From assembly GCA_963829525.1 (NCBI GenBank), contig CAWHIJ010000003.1:960001-1024000 (forward strand): a DNA stretch of 64,000 bases. Reading direction: 5' to 3'. Within the stretch, counting starts at the first letter, position 1, and each line of letters begins with the position of its first letter. Below are positions 1 through 9,536 of the stretch, piece after piece. Below the pieces are notes generated by a model. That model made no database searches. It was given only the letters and a program-made list of their open reading frames with translations, and was not told the origin of the DNA. Both the position numbers and the translations under genes were made by a program. The DNA is from an uncultured Actinomycetota bacterium (GTDB lineage: Bacteria; Actinomycetota; Actinomycetes; JAHEKZ01).

Positions 1-260
1 ACGGAGGTGTCGTCGTCCTCGATGTGCCCGCCGAACTGCAGCCACAGGCCAACCTTGCGATGCAAGCAGAGCAGCACTCGGGAGCCGGAGCTGTCGACGA
101 CAAGGGCCGACGCAGTCAGGTGGTCGGGGCGGCAAACTCGACTGCACCCATCGTCGTGGACCGCCAGATGCGAGACGAATGCGTCCCGCAAGGAAGCCTG
201 CGAGGGCGTGGGCGGCTGCCAGTTTGCGAGCTCATCCCGGGCGGAGGCCGACAGGCTCAT
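1..260 (-). CDS. NUDIX-family hydrolase (3' end runs off the window)
   Basis: Minus-strand frame from ATG at 260 reads MSLSASARDELANWQPP...HLTASALVVD...LLCLHRKVGLWLQFGGHIEDDD, the start of a Nudix box. It overlaps the upstream stop (ATGA) and is absent from the ORF track because it is truncated. Confidence 0.85.
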   Translation of the reverse strand, partial: MSLSASARDELANWQPPTPSQASLRDAFVSHLAVHDDGCSRVCRPDHLTASALVVDSSGSRVLLCLHRKVGLWLQFGGHIEDDDTS

Positions 261-1564
261 TCCTGGGGCGGGGGGTGCTCGTCGGGTGACTCGGTGTCGG
301 TGAGGGTGCTGATGTCCCAGTCAGCCGACGCCGCTTTCGTGGCGAAGCCAACGGGATCGTCCAGTGCTGCGAGATCGGGAAGCAGGTCAGGATGCGACCA
401 CAGGTCGTCCCGCTCTGCCATGGAACGGTGCTCGGCCACCGCACGCCAGAGTGCTGACGCCTCGCGTAGCCGCCGGGGGCGCAGGTTGAGACCGACCAAC
501 GTCTCGAAGGTGTGCTCGGCGGGACCGCCAGAGGCGCGGCGGCGTCTCATTGTCTCGCGCAAGGCACCAGCAGCGGGGAGCCGAGTGTCGGCCGCTTGGC
601 TGGTGACGTCGTCGACCCATCCCTCCACCAACGCGAGGAGATGCTCGATGCGGTCGAGTGCCGCTTGCTGATCCGCTGTCGTTGGCGGTTCGAAGACTCC
701 GGACGACATGAGCTCGGCCATCGCTTGCGGCTGGGAGGGGTCGATGCCGCCGAGAGCCTGTTCGATCCCGGCCATGTCCACCGAGATGCCCCTGGCATAG
801 TCGGTCACGGCGGCTTCGATGCGAGAAGTCAGCCAGGTCGCGTGCTGGAAGAGTCGGACGTGCGCGCACTCGCGCAGGGCCAGGTAGATCCGCACTTGGT
901 CGGGAGGAACGCCGAGACCGGCGCCGAACTCAGTCACGTTTCGGGGAATGAGCGCCACGACACCAGTCGGTGCAAGGGGAACGCCGATGTCAGTCGAGGT
1001 GAGGACCTCTTGGGCGAGAGCGCCGAGGCCTTGGCCGACCTGTCCGCCGAACATCACCCCCGACATCTGTCCCATCATCCCCATCAACGGCGCGGCCATC
1101 GCGCGCATCTCCTCGGGCATCTGGCCGGGCATCGCTTCCGCCGAGGCTTGAGCCATGCGCTCAGCCAGGGGCATGACGAGCAGCTTCCACCTCGGCAACG
1201 TCTGTTCGACCCACTCCGACCGGCTCCAGGCCCGTGCGGTGATGCCTGCTGATGGCAACGTGGTCGCCTCGTTGAGCCAGACGTCGGCGATCTCGACAGC
1301 TTCGCTGACCGACGCGCGTTCAAGGGACGAGACCGACGGGTCTCCTTCGGCTGCCACGAGCTGGCGCGCTGTGTCATGGGCCAACTGCCAGTGCACCGGG
1401 CCCGACGACGTCGACAGCAGCTGTCCGAATCGCTGAAGCGCTGCGCCGAGGTCGGCGGCCCCTGCACCGCCGAACATCGCGGCGAAGGGGTCAGCGGGGG
1501 TGTCTGAACTCTTGTCTGGGTCTTCGGGATCGGGTAACCCGAAACCGAACGGAACGTCGCTCAC
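257..1564 (-). CDS. Zinc-dependent metalloprotease-like protein (zincin/DUF2342 family)
   Basis: Motifs WSRSEWVEQT, LRECAHVRLF, LALVEGWVD and LRPRRLREA. A GTG start 6 nt after TACGGT suggests leaderless translation; ATG 1567 is an alternative. Confidence 0.85.
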   Translation of the reverse strand: MSDVPFGFGLPDPEDPDKSSDTPADPFAAMFGGAGAADLGAALQRFGQLLSTSSGPVHWQLAHDTARQLVAAEGDPSVSSLERASVSEAVEIADVWLNEATTLPSAGITARAWSRSEWVEQTLPRWKLLVMPLAERMAQASAEAMPGQMPEEMRAMAAPLMGMMGQMSGVMFGGQVGQGLGALAQEVLTSTDIGVPLAPTGVVALIPRNVTEFGAGLGVPPDQVRIYLALRECAHVRLFQHATWLTSRIEAAVTDYARGISVDMAGIEQALGGIDPSQPQAMAELMSSGVFEPPTTADQQAALDRIEHLLALVEGWVDDVTSQAADTRLPAAGALRETMRRRRASGGPAEHTFETLVGLNLRPRRLREASALWRAVAEHRSMAERDDLWSHPDLLPDLAALDDPVGFATKAASADWDISTLTDTESPDEHPPPQE

Positions 1565-1652
1565 CATGTCACCGTAACCGCCGCCGCTACCTGTTGCGTC
1601 CTGAGATCGCTCCCGGCGTAACGGGTCGGATCGTCCCGATAGGTTCGACCCC

Positions 1653-2081
1653 ATGCAGTCAGCTGTGGCCATTGTCGACACCCCACTCTCGGTGGACGCC
1701 GTGCTCGCTGCCGTCACCCACCCTGGGGCAGGCGGTGTCGTCGTCTTTGTTGGCGCCGTTCGTGACCACGACGGGCTCGAGGGGGCCGAGCAGGCAGTCC
1801 GTGCGCTGGAGTACTCCGCACACCCCAGCGCGCTCGGCGAGCTCGAGCGGGTGGTGGCTGCCGTGGCTGCGGCGCATCCAGAGGCGCGGTTGGCGGCCCA
1901 TCACCGCACCGGATCCCTGCAGATCGGTGATCTCGCTGTCGTAGTGGCGGCAGCTGCTGCCCACCGCGACGATGCGTTCGAGGCAGCCCGTCGCCTGATC
2001 GACGACCTCAAGGCACAGGTGCCGATCTGGAAGCACCAAACCTTCACGGATGGTTCTGAGGAGTGGGTGGGCCTGCCGTAG
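1653..2081 (+). CDS. moaE: Molybdopterin synthase catalytic subunit MoaE
   Basis: Motifs GGVVVFVGAVRDHD, LEYSAHP, HRTGSLQIGD and LKAQVPIWKHQ. Confidence 0.95.
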   Translation: MQSAVAIVDTPLSVDAVLAAVTHPGAGGVVVFVGAVRDHDGLEGAEQAVRALEYSAHPSALGELERVVAAVAAAHPEARLAAHHRTGSLQIGDLAVVVAAAAAHRDDAFEAARRLIDDLKAQVPIWKHQTFTDGSEEWVGLP

Positions 2082-2124
2082 CATGGTCCCAGCACCCAAG
2101 CATTTCTGACGAGAGGCGAATGCC

Positions 2125-2349
2125 GTGGAAGCGATGGCATGGTGGTTGATTCCCATCGTCGCCACGTTCCTCGCCGTGGTTTGGGTCACCTGGCGGGCAC
2201 GGCCTCGGCGTCCCGTCGATCCCCACGACTCGCTCGCCGCACACCGCCGATTCACCGAGGCTTTGAGCCCGCCGGCCCCACCGCCTGACGTGAACCGGGT
2301 GGCTGAGGGCGAGGCCGAGCTGTCGCGCCAGAACCGTCGCTCGGCCTGA
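2125..2349 (+). CDS. Small single-TM hypothetical protein
   Basis: Hydrophobic N-terminus (WWLIPIVATFLAVVWVTW) followed by a basic patch; lies in the operon between moaE and the PDZ protease. Confidence 0.65.
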   Translation: MEAMAWWLIPIVATFLAVVWVTWRARPRRPVDPHDSLAAHRRFTEALSPPAPPPDVNRVAEGEAELSRQNRRSA

Positions 2350-2353
2350 GCTC

Positions 2354-3415
2354 GTGACGCGCCGGGCGCGCACGACCGCCCTGATTCTGACGTTTGTCGC
2401 TCTCGTTGCGACGATGGCCGTTGCACTCTCCCGCCCGGTTCCCTACGTGCAGCTCTCACCTGGCCCGGTGTACGACGCGCTGGGTGACAACCAGGGGGAC
2501 CCTGTCGTCTCCATCTCCGGCGCAAAGACATACCCCACCGATGGATCATTGGGGATAACCACCGTCTACGAGACGGGGGCTCCAGGCAGTCGGCTGACGC
2601 TGGCGCAGGCATTCCGTGGCTGGATCGACCCTGCCGTCGACGTTGTGCCCCGAGACCTGCTCTTCCCACCGGACGCCTTCAATGGCGACGATCCCGGTGA
2701 CGCCTTTCAGCGCCAGGGCGCCGCGCAGATGAGCGAGTCCGAGCAGAGTGCGGTGGCGGCCGCACTGAACTATGTCGGCGAGCCGGTCACCTACGAAGTG
2801 GTGATTGACCAGGTCCAGCCGGATGCGCCAGCCGAGGGCGCTCTTGTGCCCGGCGACACTCTGCTCAAGATCAACGGCATACCGGTGCCCGACTATCGCA
2901 GCGTTCAGCGCGTCATGAGTGATGTGCAACCTGGCGACGAAGTCACCATCAAGGTGCGCAGGGACGGCGCGGTGGTGGCCGAAACAGTCACGACCGAGGC
3001 TAACCCTGACGATGCAGAGCGTGCCTACCTCGGTGTACTGCTGCGGCTCGGGTTCACCAGCCCAGTCGACGTCCAGTTGAATCTCAACAACGTCGGTGGA
3101 CCGAGTGCGGGATTGATCTTCAGCCTTGCGATCGTCGACTCCCTGACACCAGATCAGCTGGCAGCGGGCCGGGCGGTCGCCGGTACTGGCACGATCAGCC
3201 CAGAGGGGCGCGTCGGGCCGATCGGTGGGATCGTTCAGAAGATGTACGGGGCGCGCGAGGACGGCGCGAGTATCTTCTTGGCCCCACGGTCGAACTGCGG
3301 CGAGGTCGTTGGCAACGAGCCCGATGGCTTGAAGGTCATCGCTGTCCGGACTCTGGATGAGGCGGTCAGTGCGCTCGACGGTGACGGCAAGCCACAAAGC
3401 TGCCCGACTGATTAG
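2354..3415 (+). CDS. PDZ-domain Lon-like (S16) protease, YlbL type
   Basis: N-terminal TM, PYVQLSPGP, a PDZ segment, catalytic GPSAG and GTGTI...VGPIGGIVQK (Ser-Lys dyad). Confidence 0.92.
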   Translation: MTRRARTTALILTFVALVATMAVALSRPVPYVQLSPGPVYDALGDNQGDPVVSISGAKTYPTDGSLGITTVYETGAPGSRLTLAQAFRGWIDPAVDVVPRDLLFPPDAFNGDDPGDAFQRQGAAQMSESEQSAVAAALNYVGEPVTYEVVIDQVQPDAPAEGALVPGDTLLKINGIPVPDYRSVQRVMSDVQPGDEVTIKVRRDGAVVAETVTTEANPDDAERAYLGVLLRLGFTSPVDVQLNLNNVGGPSAGLIFSLAIVDSLTPDQLAAGRAVAGTGTISPEGRVGPIGGIVQKMYGAREDGASIFLAPRSNCGEVVGNEPDGLKVIAVRTLDEAVSALDGDGKPQSCPTD

Positions 3416-3428
3416 GAAGTTGTTGCCC

Positions 3429-3896
3429 TCAGCTGAGGGTGTGCATCAGCAAGTCGCCGAGGCCGGAGATCAAGTCGGTTCCGACGATCACGGTCTCTGG
3501 CGAGTCGTGCTCCCGAAGCCGCAAAACCGTGCAGCGACTCCCATCACGCAGAACGGCCATCGTCAAGCGGAGTTCGTGCTGAGACTCCCGATCTGACCCG
3601 GCTGGTGGCACCATGATGCGCTCGGCGCTCACGGCGACCCCGTCGACTGAGGGTGGCCACCCGATCCCTCCGAGCAGCTCATCAAGATCACCGTGCGCTG
3701 GCAGGCCCTCTTGCTCGATCGTGGTCCAGGGGCTGTCTGCGGGGCTTCCCAGGAGTTGAGCGGCCAGAGAGGGCTCGCGCTCGAGAAGTTGGCGCGTGTC
3801 GGAGATGGCGAATAGCCGAGTCGGCTGGTCCCATCCGTCGTGGGCGACGAAGATGTCGAGGTCTCGGGCTGTCTGCTCCAGGGCTGGAGGAATCAC
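3429..3896 (-). CDS. PPA1309-family protein
   Basis: C-terminal part of ORF 3429..5312 carries GWDQPTRLFA, IEQEGLP, IGWPPSVDGVA and ELRLTMAVLRDG. GTG start at 3896; typical neighbour of UPF0182. Confidence 0.8.
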   Translation of the reverse strand: MIPPALEQTARDLDIFVAHDGWDQPTRLFAISDTRQLLEREPSLAAQLLGSPADSPWTTIEQEGLPAHGDLDELLGGIGWPPSVDGVAVSAERIMVPPAGSDRESQHELRLTMAVLRDGSRCTVLRLREHDSPETVIVGTDLISGLGDLLMHTLS

Positions 3897-3974
3897 GAGC
3901 CCATGGTGGCACGTGTCGTCGGCGGAGGGGACCACGGTGCGCGCCGATGCGCGAAGCACAGTTAGTGTGATGGG

Positions 3975-6974
3975 GTGAGTTTCGACGCCCCACCGCCATC
4001 GGCCCCTCCTCAGGGACCGCCGACCGGACCGACGCCCAGAGGTTCGCGCCGCCGGGGAGCACTGCTGCCGACGCTGGCAATCTTGGCCGTGCTGCTCGTC
4101 GCGTTCGCGATCTTCGCCGGCTACTACACCGACTGGCTCTGGTACAAAGCAGCGGGATTCACCTCCGTCTACACGACTCAACTCGGCGTGCGTCTCGCAC
4201 TCTTCGTGGTGTTCTTCCTGGTGGCCGGTGGTGCCATCGTGCTCAACGGCTACCTTGCGTACCGGTTCCGTCCGATCTTCCGGGCGATCTCCCTGGAGCA
4301 GCAGAGTCTGGACCGCTACCGCCTGGCGCTCGACCCGTTCCGACGCATCCTGCTGATCGGGTTCGGCATCCTGGTGGGCTTCTTCTTCGGCGCCGCGGCC
4401 ATGTCGGAGTGGCGCACGCTCTTGGCGTGGATGAATAGAACGGCCTTCGGAGCGACCGATCCCGAGTTCGGCGTCGACATCTCCTTCTATGTCTTCTCGT
4501 TGCCGTGGTGGCGCTTCATCATCGACAGCAGCATGGTCATCGTGGTTCTCTGCGGTCTTGTTGCTGCAGCGATTCACTACCTGTACGGCGGAATCAGTCC
4601 CGGAACGCCAGGCGAGCGCACGACTCCGGCGGCGCGGGTACAGCTGTCGATCCTCATCGGTCTGTTCATGCTGCTCAAGGCCGCTGCCTACTGGCTTGAT
4701 CGGTACGAACTGGTCATCGCACCGAACTCGCTCTTCACCGGGGCCGGCTACACCGACGTCAAGGCACTTATACCGGCAAAGACCATCCTTACGTTTGTCG
4801 CGCTCATCTGCGCCGCGCTCTTCTTCGTGAATGTCTTCCGCAAGACTTGGCGCCTTGCGGTCCTGAGCCTTGGGCTGCTGGTGCTGAGCTCGGTTGCCAT
4901 CGGCTGGGTGTATCCGAGTCTGGTGCAGCGCCTCCAGGTGAAGCCAACACCGGACGTCAAGGAAGAGCCATACATCCAACGGGCGATCGACTCGACCCGT
5001 GCCGCCTACGATGTCGACAACATCAAAGTTGAGGAGTACATCCCTGCGGCTAATCCCGACGCGCGCGCGTTCGAGGAGTCCAGGGGGACAATCGAGAACG
5101 TCAGGCTGATGGACCCGTCTCGGCTGAGCGACACCTTTGATCAGTTGCAGCAGGTCAAGGGTTTCTACACCTTCCAGGATCCGCTCGACATTGACAGGTA
5201 CACGATCAATGGGAAACAGGCAGACGTCATCGTTGCTCCCCGCGAGATCGACCTGTCCGGGGTTCCCACCGACTCGCGTAACTGGATCAACGACCATCTG
5301 ACGTATACGCACGGATTCGGGCTCGTCGCAGCCTATGGAAACCGGGCCACCGCCAACGGCGAGCCTGACTTTGTCGAGTCAGACCTTCCGCCGCAGGGTG
5401 ACTTGAACATCGATCAGCCCCGGATCTACTTCGGTGAGAAGGTTCCTGACTACTCGATTGTTGGGGCTCCGGAGTCTGTCGAACCGCGTGAGCTGGACTT
5501 CCCCGATGACACTGCCGAGAACGGGCAACAGTCGTACTCCTACACCGGCGATGGGGGCGTGCCGATCGGTTCGTTCTTCGACCAGTTGATGTATGCGTGG
5601 CGATTCCAAGAGACGAACATCTTGCTGTCCGACCGCATCAACTCCGAGTCGCAGATCCTCTACGTGCGCGATCCCCGTGAGCGCGTTGAGCGGGCGGCTC
5701 CATGGCTCACTCTCGACGCAGATCCGTACGCAACCGTGATCGATGGTCGCATCGTCTGGATCGTGGACGGATACACGACAACCGACTCCTATCCGTATTC
5801 GCAGCGCCAGGCTTTTGGTGAGGCGACCACTGACTCGCTCACCACGCAGACGGGCGCCCCAGTCGTTCCGATTCGCGACGAGATCAACTACTTGCGGAAC
5901 TCGGTCAAAGCCACTGTCGATGCCTATGACGGAACTGTCACGCTCTACGCATGGGATGAGTCCGACCCGATTCTTCAGACCTGGTCGAAGGCCTTCCCTG
6001 ACACGGTCAAGCCGCGGGCGGAGATCAGTGAAGAACTGTTGGCTCACATTCGCTACCCCGAAGACATGTTCAAAGTGCAGCGTGAGGTCTACACCCGCTA
6101 CCACGTGACCGACCCGCAGATCTTCTTCGGGGGACAGGACGCTTGGCAGGTGCCGAGCGACCCGACGTCGCCGAGCGGCGGCGAGGTTGCGCAACCGCCG
6201 TACTACCTGACTCTGCAGATGCCAGGCGACGTCGATCCGAAGTTCTCGCTCACAACGACGTTCGCCCCATCTGGCCGCGAGACGCTAGCCGCCTTCATGG
6301 CGGTGAACAGCGAGGCAGGCGATCCGGACTTCGGTCAGATCCGCGCTCTAGCGCTTCCGAGAAACACCACGTTCCCCGGGCCGAGCCAGATGCAGAACAA
6401 CATCGAGTCGAACACCGATGTGTCGAACGCGCTGCTCTCGCTTCGACGAAGCGGCAGCACAGAGGTGGAGATTGGAAACCTGTTGTCCCTGCCGGTGGCC
6501 GGCGGATTGATGTACGTCGAGCCGGTCTACGCACGCGCGACCGAGGGGGCCTCATACCCGAGGCTGAGCAAGGTCATCGTCTCCTTCGGCGACACTGTGT
6601 CGATCGCTGATACCTACGAAGAAGCGCTGCAGCTCTACTTTGGCGGAGTAGCGATTGACAACGGTAATGGCGGGGGCGGGGGTGGCAACGGCGGCGGGAA
6701 TGGCGGTGGCGGCAACGGCGGCGGTGGTGGTGGCGGTTCGAACACAGCCCAGACGCAACAGCGATTGCAGCAAGCCCTGGCCGACGCAGGGGCAGCCTAC
6801 GACCGTGGCCAGCAGGCTTTGGCCAATGGTGACTTCGCCACATATGGCCAGGCTCAAGATGACCTGTTCGCAGCACTGCAGCGAGCAGAGGCCGCTGCCA
6901 ATCAACTTGGTCTGAACGAAACAGCGGCGGTGCCCGATCTTTCTGGTGGGTCAGCGAGCGGTGGTGGGCCTTGA
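3975..6974 (+). CDS. UPF0182-family integral membrane protein
   Basis: 999 aa with multiple N-terminal TMs and motifs YTDWLWY, DPEFGVDISFYVFSLP, YTHGFG and NYLRNSVKATVDAYDG. Confidence 0.95.
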   Translation: MSFDAPPPSAPPQGPPTGPTPRGSRRRGALLPTLAILAVLLVAFAIFAGYYTDWLWYKAAGFTSVYTTQLGVRLALFVVFFLVAGGAIVLNGYLAYRFRPIFRAISLEQQSLDRYRLALDPFRRILLIGFGILVGFFFGAAAMSEWRTLLAWMNRTAFGATDPEFGVDISFYVFSLPWWRFIIDSSMVIVVLCGLVAAAIHYLYGGISPGTPGERTTPAARVQLSILIGLFMLLKAAAYWLDRYELVIAPNSLFTGAGYTDVKALIPAKTILTFVALICAALFFVNVFRKTWRLAVLSLGLLVLSSVAIGWVYPSLVQRLQVKPTPDVKEEPYIQRAIDSTRAAYDVDNIKVEEYIPAANPDARAFEESRGTIENVRLMDPSRLSDTFDQLQQVKGFYTFQDPLDIDRYTINGKQADVIVAPREIDLSGVPTDSRNWINDHLTYTHGFGLVAAYGNRATANGEPDFVESDLPPQGDLNIDQPRIYFGEKVPDYSIVGAPESVEPRELDFPDDTAENGQQSYSYTGDGGVPIGSFFDQLMYAWRFQETNILLSDRINSESQILYVRDPRERVERAAPWLTLDADPYATVIDGRIVWIVDGYTTTDSYPYSQRQAFGEATTDSLTTQTGAPVVPIRDEINYLRNSVKATVDAYDGTVTLYAWDESDPILQTWSKAFPDTVKPRAEISEELLAHIRYPEDMFKVQREVYTRYHVTDPQIFFGGQDAWQVPSDPTSPSGGEVAQPPYYLTLQMPGDVDPKFSLTTTFAPSGRETLAAFMAVNSEAGDPDFGQIRALALPRNTTFPGPSQMQNNIESNTDVSNALLSLRRSGSTEVEIGNLLSLPVAGGLMYVEPVYARATEGASYPRLSKVIVSFGDTVSIADTYEEALQLYFGGVAIDNGNGGGGGGNGGGNGGGGNGGGGGGGSNTAQTQQRLQQALADAGAAYDRGQQALANGDFATYGQAQDDLFAALQRAEAAANQLGLNETAAVPDLSGGSASGGGP
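6658..6740 (+). repeat. Gly/Asn low-complexity coding tract (GGC/AAC repeats)
   Basis: Encodes DNGNGGGGGGNGGGNGGGGNGGGGGGS inside UPF0182. Confidence 0.7.
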
Positions 6975-7026
6975 CCACCCGGTTTGGATGCCTCGGCGTG
7001 AACCACGTAGGCTAGGCGAGCGCCAA

Positions 7027-7103
7027 CGCGGGGTGGAGCAGCTCGGTAGCTCGCTGGGCTCATAACCCAGAGGTCGCAGGTTCAAATCCTGCCCCCGCTA
7101 CCA
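7027..7103 (+). tRNA. tRNA-fMet (CAT), initiator
   Basis: CGCGGGGTGGAGCAGCTCGGTAGCTCGCTGGGCTCATAACCCAG...GGTTCAAATCC...ACCA. Shows the C1:A72 mismatch, a GGG/CCC anticodon stem and an encoded CCA; TAGGCT -10 at 7008. Confidence 0.98.
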
Positions 7104-7124
7104 ATCGCCGTAGGTCAGCGAGGT

Positions 7125-7155
7125 GAAAGCCCCCCGAAGTCTTCGGGGGGCTTTC
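7125..7155 (+). terminator. Intrinsic terminator hairpin after tRNA
   Basis: GAAAGCCCCCCGAAG-T-CTTCGGGGGGCTTTC perfect inverted repeat. Confidence 0.85.
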
Positions 7156-7341
7156 CTCATGCTCACAAGAGGCAGACAGCTCATCCGAGTAGGTGTCCCA
7201 AGGCTTCGGCTGCTGCCTATGCCGTCATGCCGTCCGAGGGCCCTTGAGGGCTTGAGCGACCCTGTCCGCGCGGTCCTGCGGCTGCTACGTTGAGCAGCCT
7301 GGCCGCCGCGGCAGGCGCGCTGAGAAACGAGTGGAGGGCCG

Positions 7342-7758
7342 ATGTCTGACTACAAGGCGGTAGCGCAGGAGATGTTCGGAGCCATAGCCGCTGGCGGAGA
7401 CGTCGATGCAGCCGTAGACAAGTACATGGCAGAGGACTTCATCGAACATGAGGAGATCCCCGGGATGGGCAACACCCGGGACACACCCCGGCAACTGTTC
7501 AAGATGATGCATGCGGCCATCACCGACTTCCACGTGGACGTTCACGACCTGCTCCAAGAAGGCGACAAAGTAGTCGCACGGGTCTCGTTCGTCGGCACCC
7601 ACACGGGTGAGTTCATGGGCGTGCCTGCAAGCGGTAACCCGGTGGACATCAACGCCATCGACATCCTGCAGTTCCGCGGTGACCAGTGCGTCGCTCATTG
7701 GGGTGTCATGGACATGGCCGGCGCACTCGCTCAGATGGGCGCAGGGCCACCCGCCTAA
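7342..7758 (+). CDS. SnoaL-like ester cyclase family protein
   Basis: [26 protein letters not shown]...HWGVMD; GGAGG RBS. Confidence 0.9.
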   Translation: MSDYKAVAQEMFGAIAAGGDVDAAVDKYMAEDFIEHEEIPGMGNTRDTPRQLFKMMHAAITDFHVDVHDLLQEGDKVVARVSFVGTHTGEFMGVPASGNPVDINAIDILQFRGDQCVAHWGVMDMAGALAQMGAGPPA

Positions 7759-8012
7759 TCGGGCGTGTCCCTGATTGGCTCGGTCCTTGGTCTACCAGAC
7801 TTTGCACGACGCCTCCTACCACGGGGCCCGCATCGCTCGTCGTCCATGATGCGCAGCTGCCAGATCTTGTCGGCCAGCCGCTCGGCGTCCTGCTCACTGT
7901 CGGTGTGCGTGACGCCGACGAGGACGACGAGCCCGGGGCCGTCGAAGCCGCCGACGCGCTCGCCGTCGACGTGAACCGCCGCACCGGACGCCACCTGCAC
8001 CACAGCTCGCAT
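7755..8012 (-). pseudogene. dtd: Truncated D-aminoacyl-tRNA deacylase (N-terminal ~60 aa only)
   Basis: MRAVVQV...[34 protein letters not shown] is followed by unrelated sequence. The SQFTL catalytic motif is absent and there is no room for it. Confidence 0.8.
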
Positions 8013-8159
8013 GGGGCTCATTCTGCAGGCGAGGAGACGTTCTTCCGCTGACTGCGGAGCGAAAACCGCGCCAGGTGCGGATATTGATCCGAAGTCACCA
8101 GGTCGTGACCGCCCCCCTAATGTGTCGCCGCAAGACGGGAGGCCACGTGGGGGAGTTGG

Positions 8160-8660
8160 TCAGCCGCGGCCGAGCAGCTTTGTCGGGCCGGCGTTTCCGC
8201 CCATCGTCGAACCGCCGTAGTTCAGACCCTCAACCGAGACGCGGATTCGGTTCGGCGCCTCGGCAAGGCAAGCCCGGGGCATGAAGACGCGGTAGGCGCC
8301 GGTGTCACGATTCCGCGTGACCTCGAAGTTGCGACACCTGACGGACTTCTGGTCCTGGATGTCGCCGGTTGGGGTGTATAGCAGGCTAGCTGCCCAGTCT
8401 GTACCTGCGTAGCAAGCGGCCTGCGCGAAGTAGGTGATTGCGCCACTACGGGTGAGTACGTAGACGCTCAATTGCTTGGCCCCTCCACAGGGCTTGCCCA
8501 GCCCGAAGACTTTGGTGGTGACGGCGTCTTGACCGTTGTCGACAACGATCTTCTTCACGTCGCCCGAACCTTGGACCGTCTGTGACTCGGCGTTGGCGAT
8601 CGCCCCGCCGCCCATCACCAGAATCGTTGCTGCCATACCGGCAAGCATCTGCGCCTTCAC
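8160..8660 (-). CDS. Secreted hypothetical protein with 4 Cys
   Basis: GTG start after an AAGGGA RBS; signal peptide MKAQMLAGMAATILVMGGGAIANA-ES. Confidence 0.7.
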   Translation of the reverse strand: MKAQMLAGMAATILVMGGGAIANAESQTVQGSGDVKKIVVDNGQDAVTTKVFGLGKPCGGAKQLSVYVLTRSGAITYFAQAACYAGTDWAASLLYTPTGDIQDQKSVRCRNFEVTRNRDTGAYRVFMPRACLAEAPNRIRVSVEGLNYGGSTMGGNAGPTKLLGRG

Positions 8661-8798
8661 TGAGAGTCCCTTCTTTGGCTGCTGGCAGCATAGGTGAGCA
8701 GCCACGTGTCGTCTGGCAAACCGGTATATCGCGCAGTGAAGGCGACTATGCGTTGTGCAGCGAGGTGGTCGGTTGGTGACCTTGAGCGTCAGCGGAGG

Positions 8799-9336
8799 CT
8801 GACGCTGCCGCCGCTCGCGGCGGAGTGGCCGTCCTACGTCGCCTACGTTGCGGCTTTCGCGATGATCGGATCCGTCTGGCTGCACCACCACCTGGCGTTC
8901 GCTCGCCTCCGCCGGGCGGACATCGGGGTGATTCTCACCAACCTCGTACTCCTACTGACGGTTTCGGTACTGCCGTTCCCGACGGCTGTCCTGTCCAGCG
9001 CCTGGCGGCTGGGGGAGCGCAGCGACCGTGTCGTCGCTGCGCTGCTGTTCGCGCTCGTGTCGGTGGCGATCTCCGGGGCTTACGTCGGACTGTGCAGCCA
9101 CATGGCGCGACACGCCGAGCTGCTTAGTGATGCAGGCGCGAGCGCCTTCCTCCTCGGCGAGCGTCGACGCGGCGCCATCGCGATCCTTGGCACCGGTGGC
9201 GGCCGCTCTCCTCGCTTTCGCGGCGTCGATGCTCGCCCTCGTCCTCTTCGCGGTTACGCCGGTCTTCTACCTGACGACGGTGCAGCGCATGGCAGACGGT
9301 GACCCCGAGGCCGAGGTCTCTGAGCCGGCTCCTTGA
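8799..9336 (+). pseudogene. TMEM175/DUF1211 K+ channel remnant (N-terminus missing, +1 frameshift near 9194)
   Basis: WPSYVAYVAAFAMIGSVWLHHH...NLVLLLTVSVLPFPT is present, but the RLEAFSD first helix is not seen. The hydrophobic C-terminus continues in the frame ending at 9336. Confidence 0.7.
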
Positions 9337-9446
9337 CTCGGCCCACCGGACAGTGGCCGCGAAGGGGCGACAAGGGCTCCGACCAAGCCGGCTGGGCGAC
9401 CTTGCGGGAGCCGCTGCAGTAACGACTTGTCGCAACCCTCGAAGTC

Positions 9447-9475
9447 AGGTGTCCAACCGAAATGGCAGCACTTCA
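9447..9475. mobile_element. Possible solitary IS3-like terminal inverted repeat
   Basis: Reverse complement TGAAGTGCTGCCATTTCGGTTGGACACCT resembles TGAA...TTGGACA IS3-family ends. No transposase nearby. Confidence 0.3.
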
Positions 9476-9536
9476 AATTTGGGGAACGGCGCGGCACGCG
9501 CACCTCCCAGTGCGAGGTGACCCAGCACTCGGGAAG

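Noticed and set aside
855-880. Degenerate HExxH (RECAH) as a sign of an inactivated zincin
   Set aside because: To my knowledge an RExxH variant is common in this actinobacterial subfamily, so it is not locus-specific.
3897-5312. 627-aa minus-strand ORF and many other long overlapping ORFs (e.g. 1659..2669, 16632..17837, 59333..60289)
   Set aside because: Antisense shadows of high-GC genes; only the 3429..3896 part of the first has recognisable family motifs.
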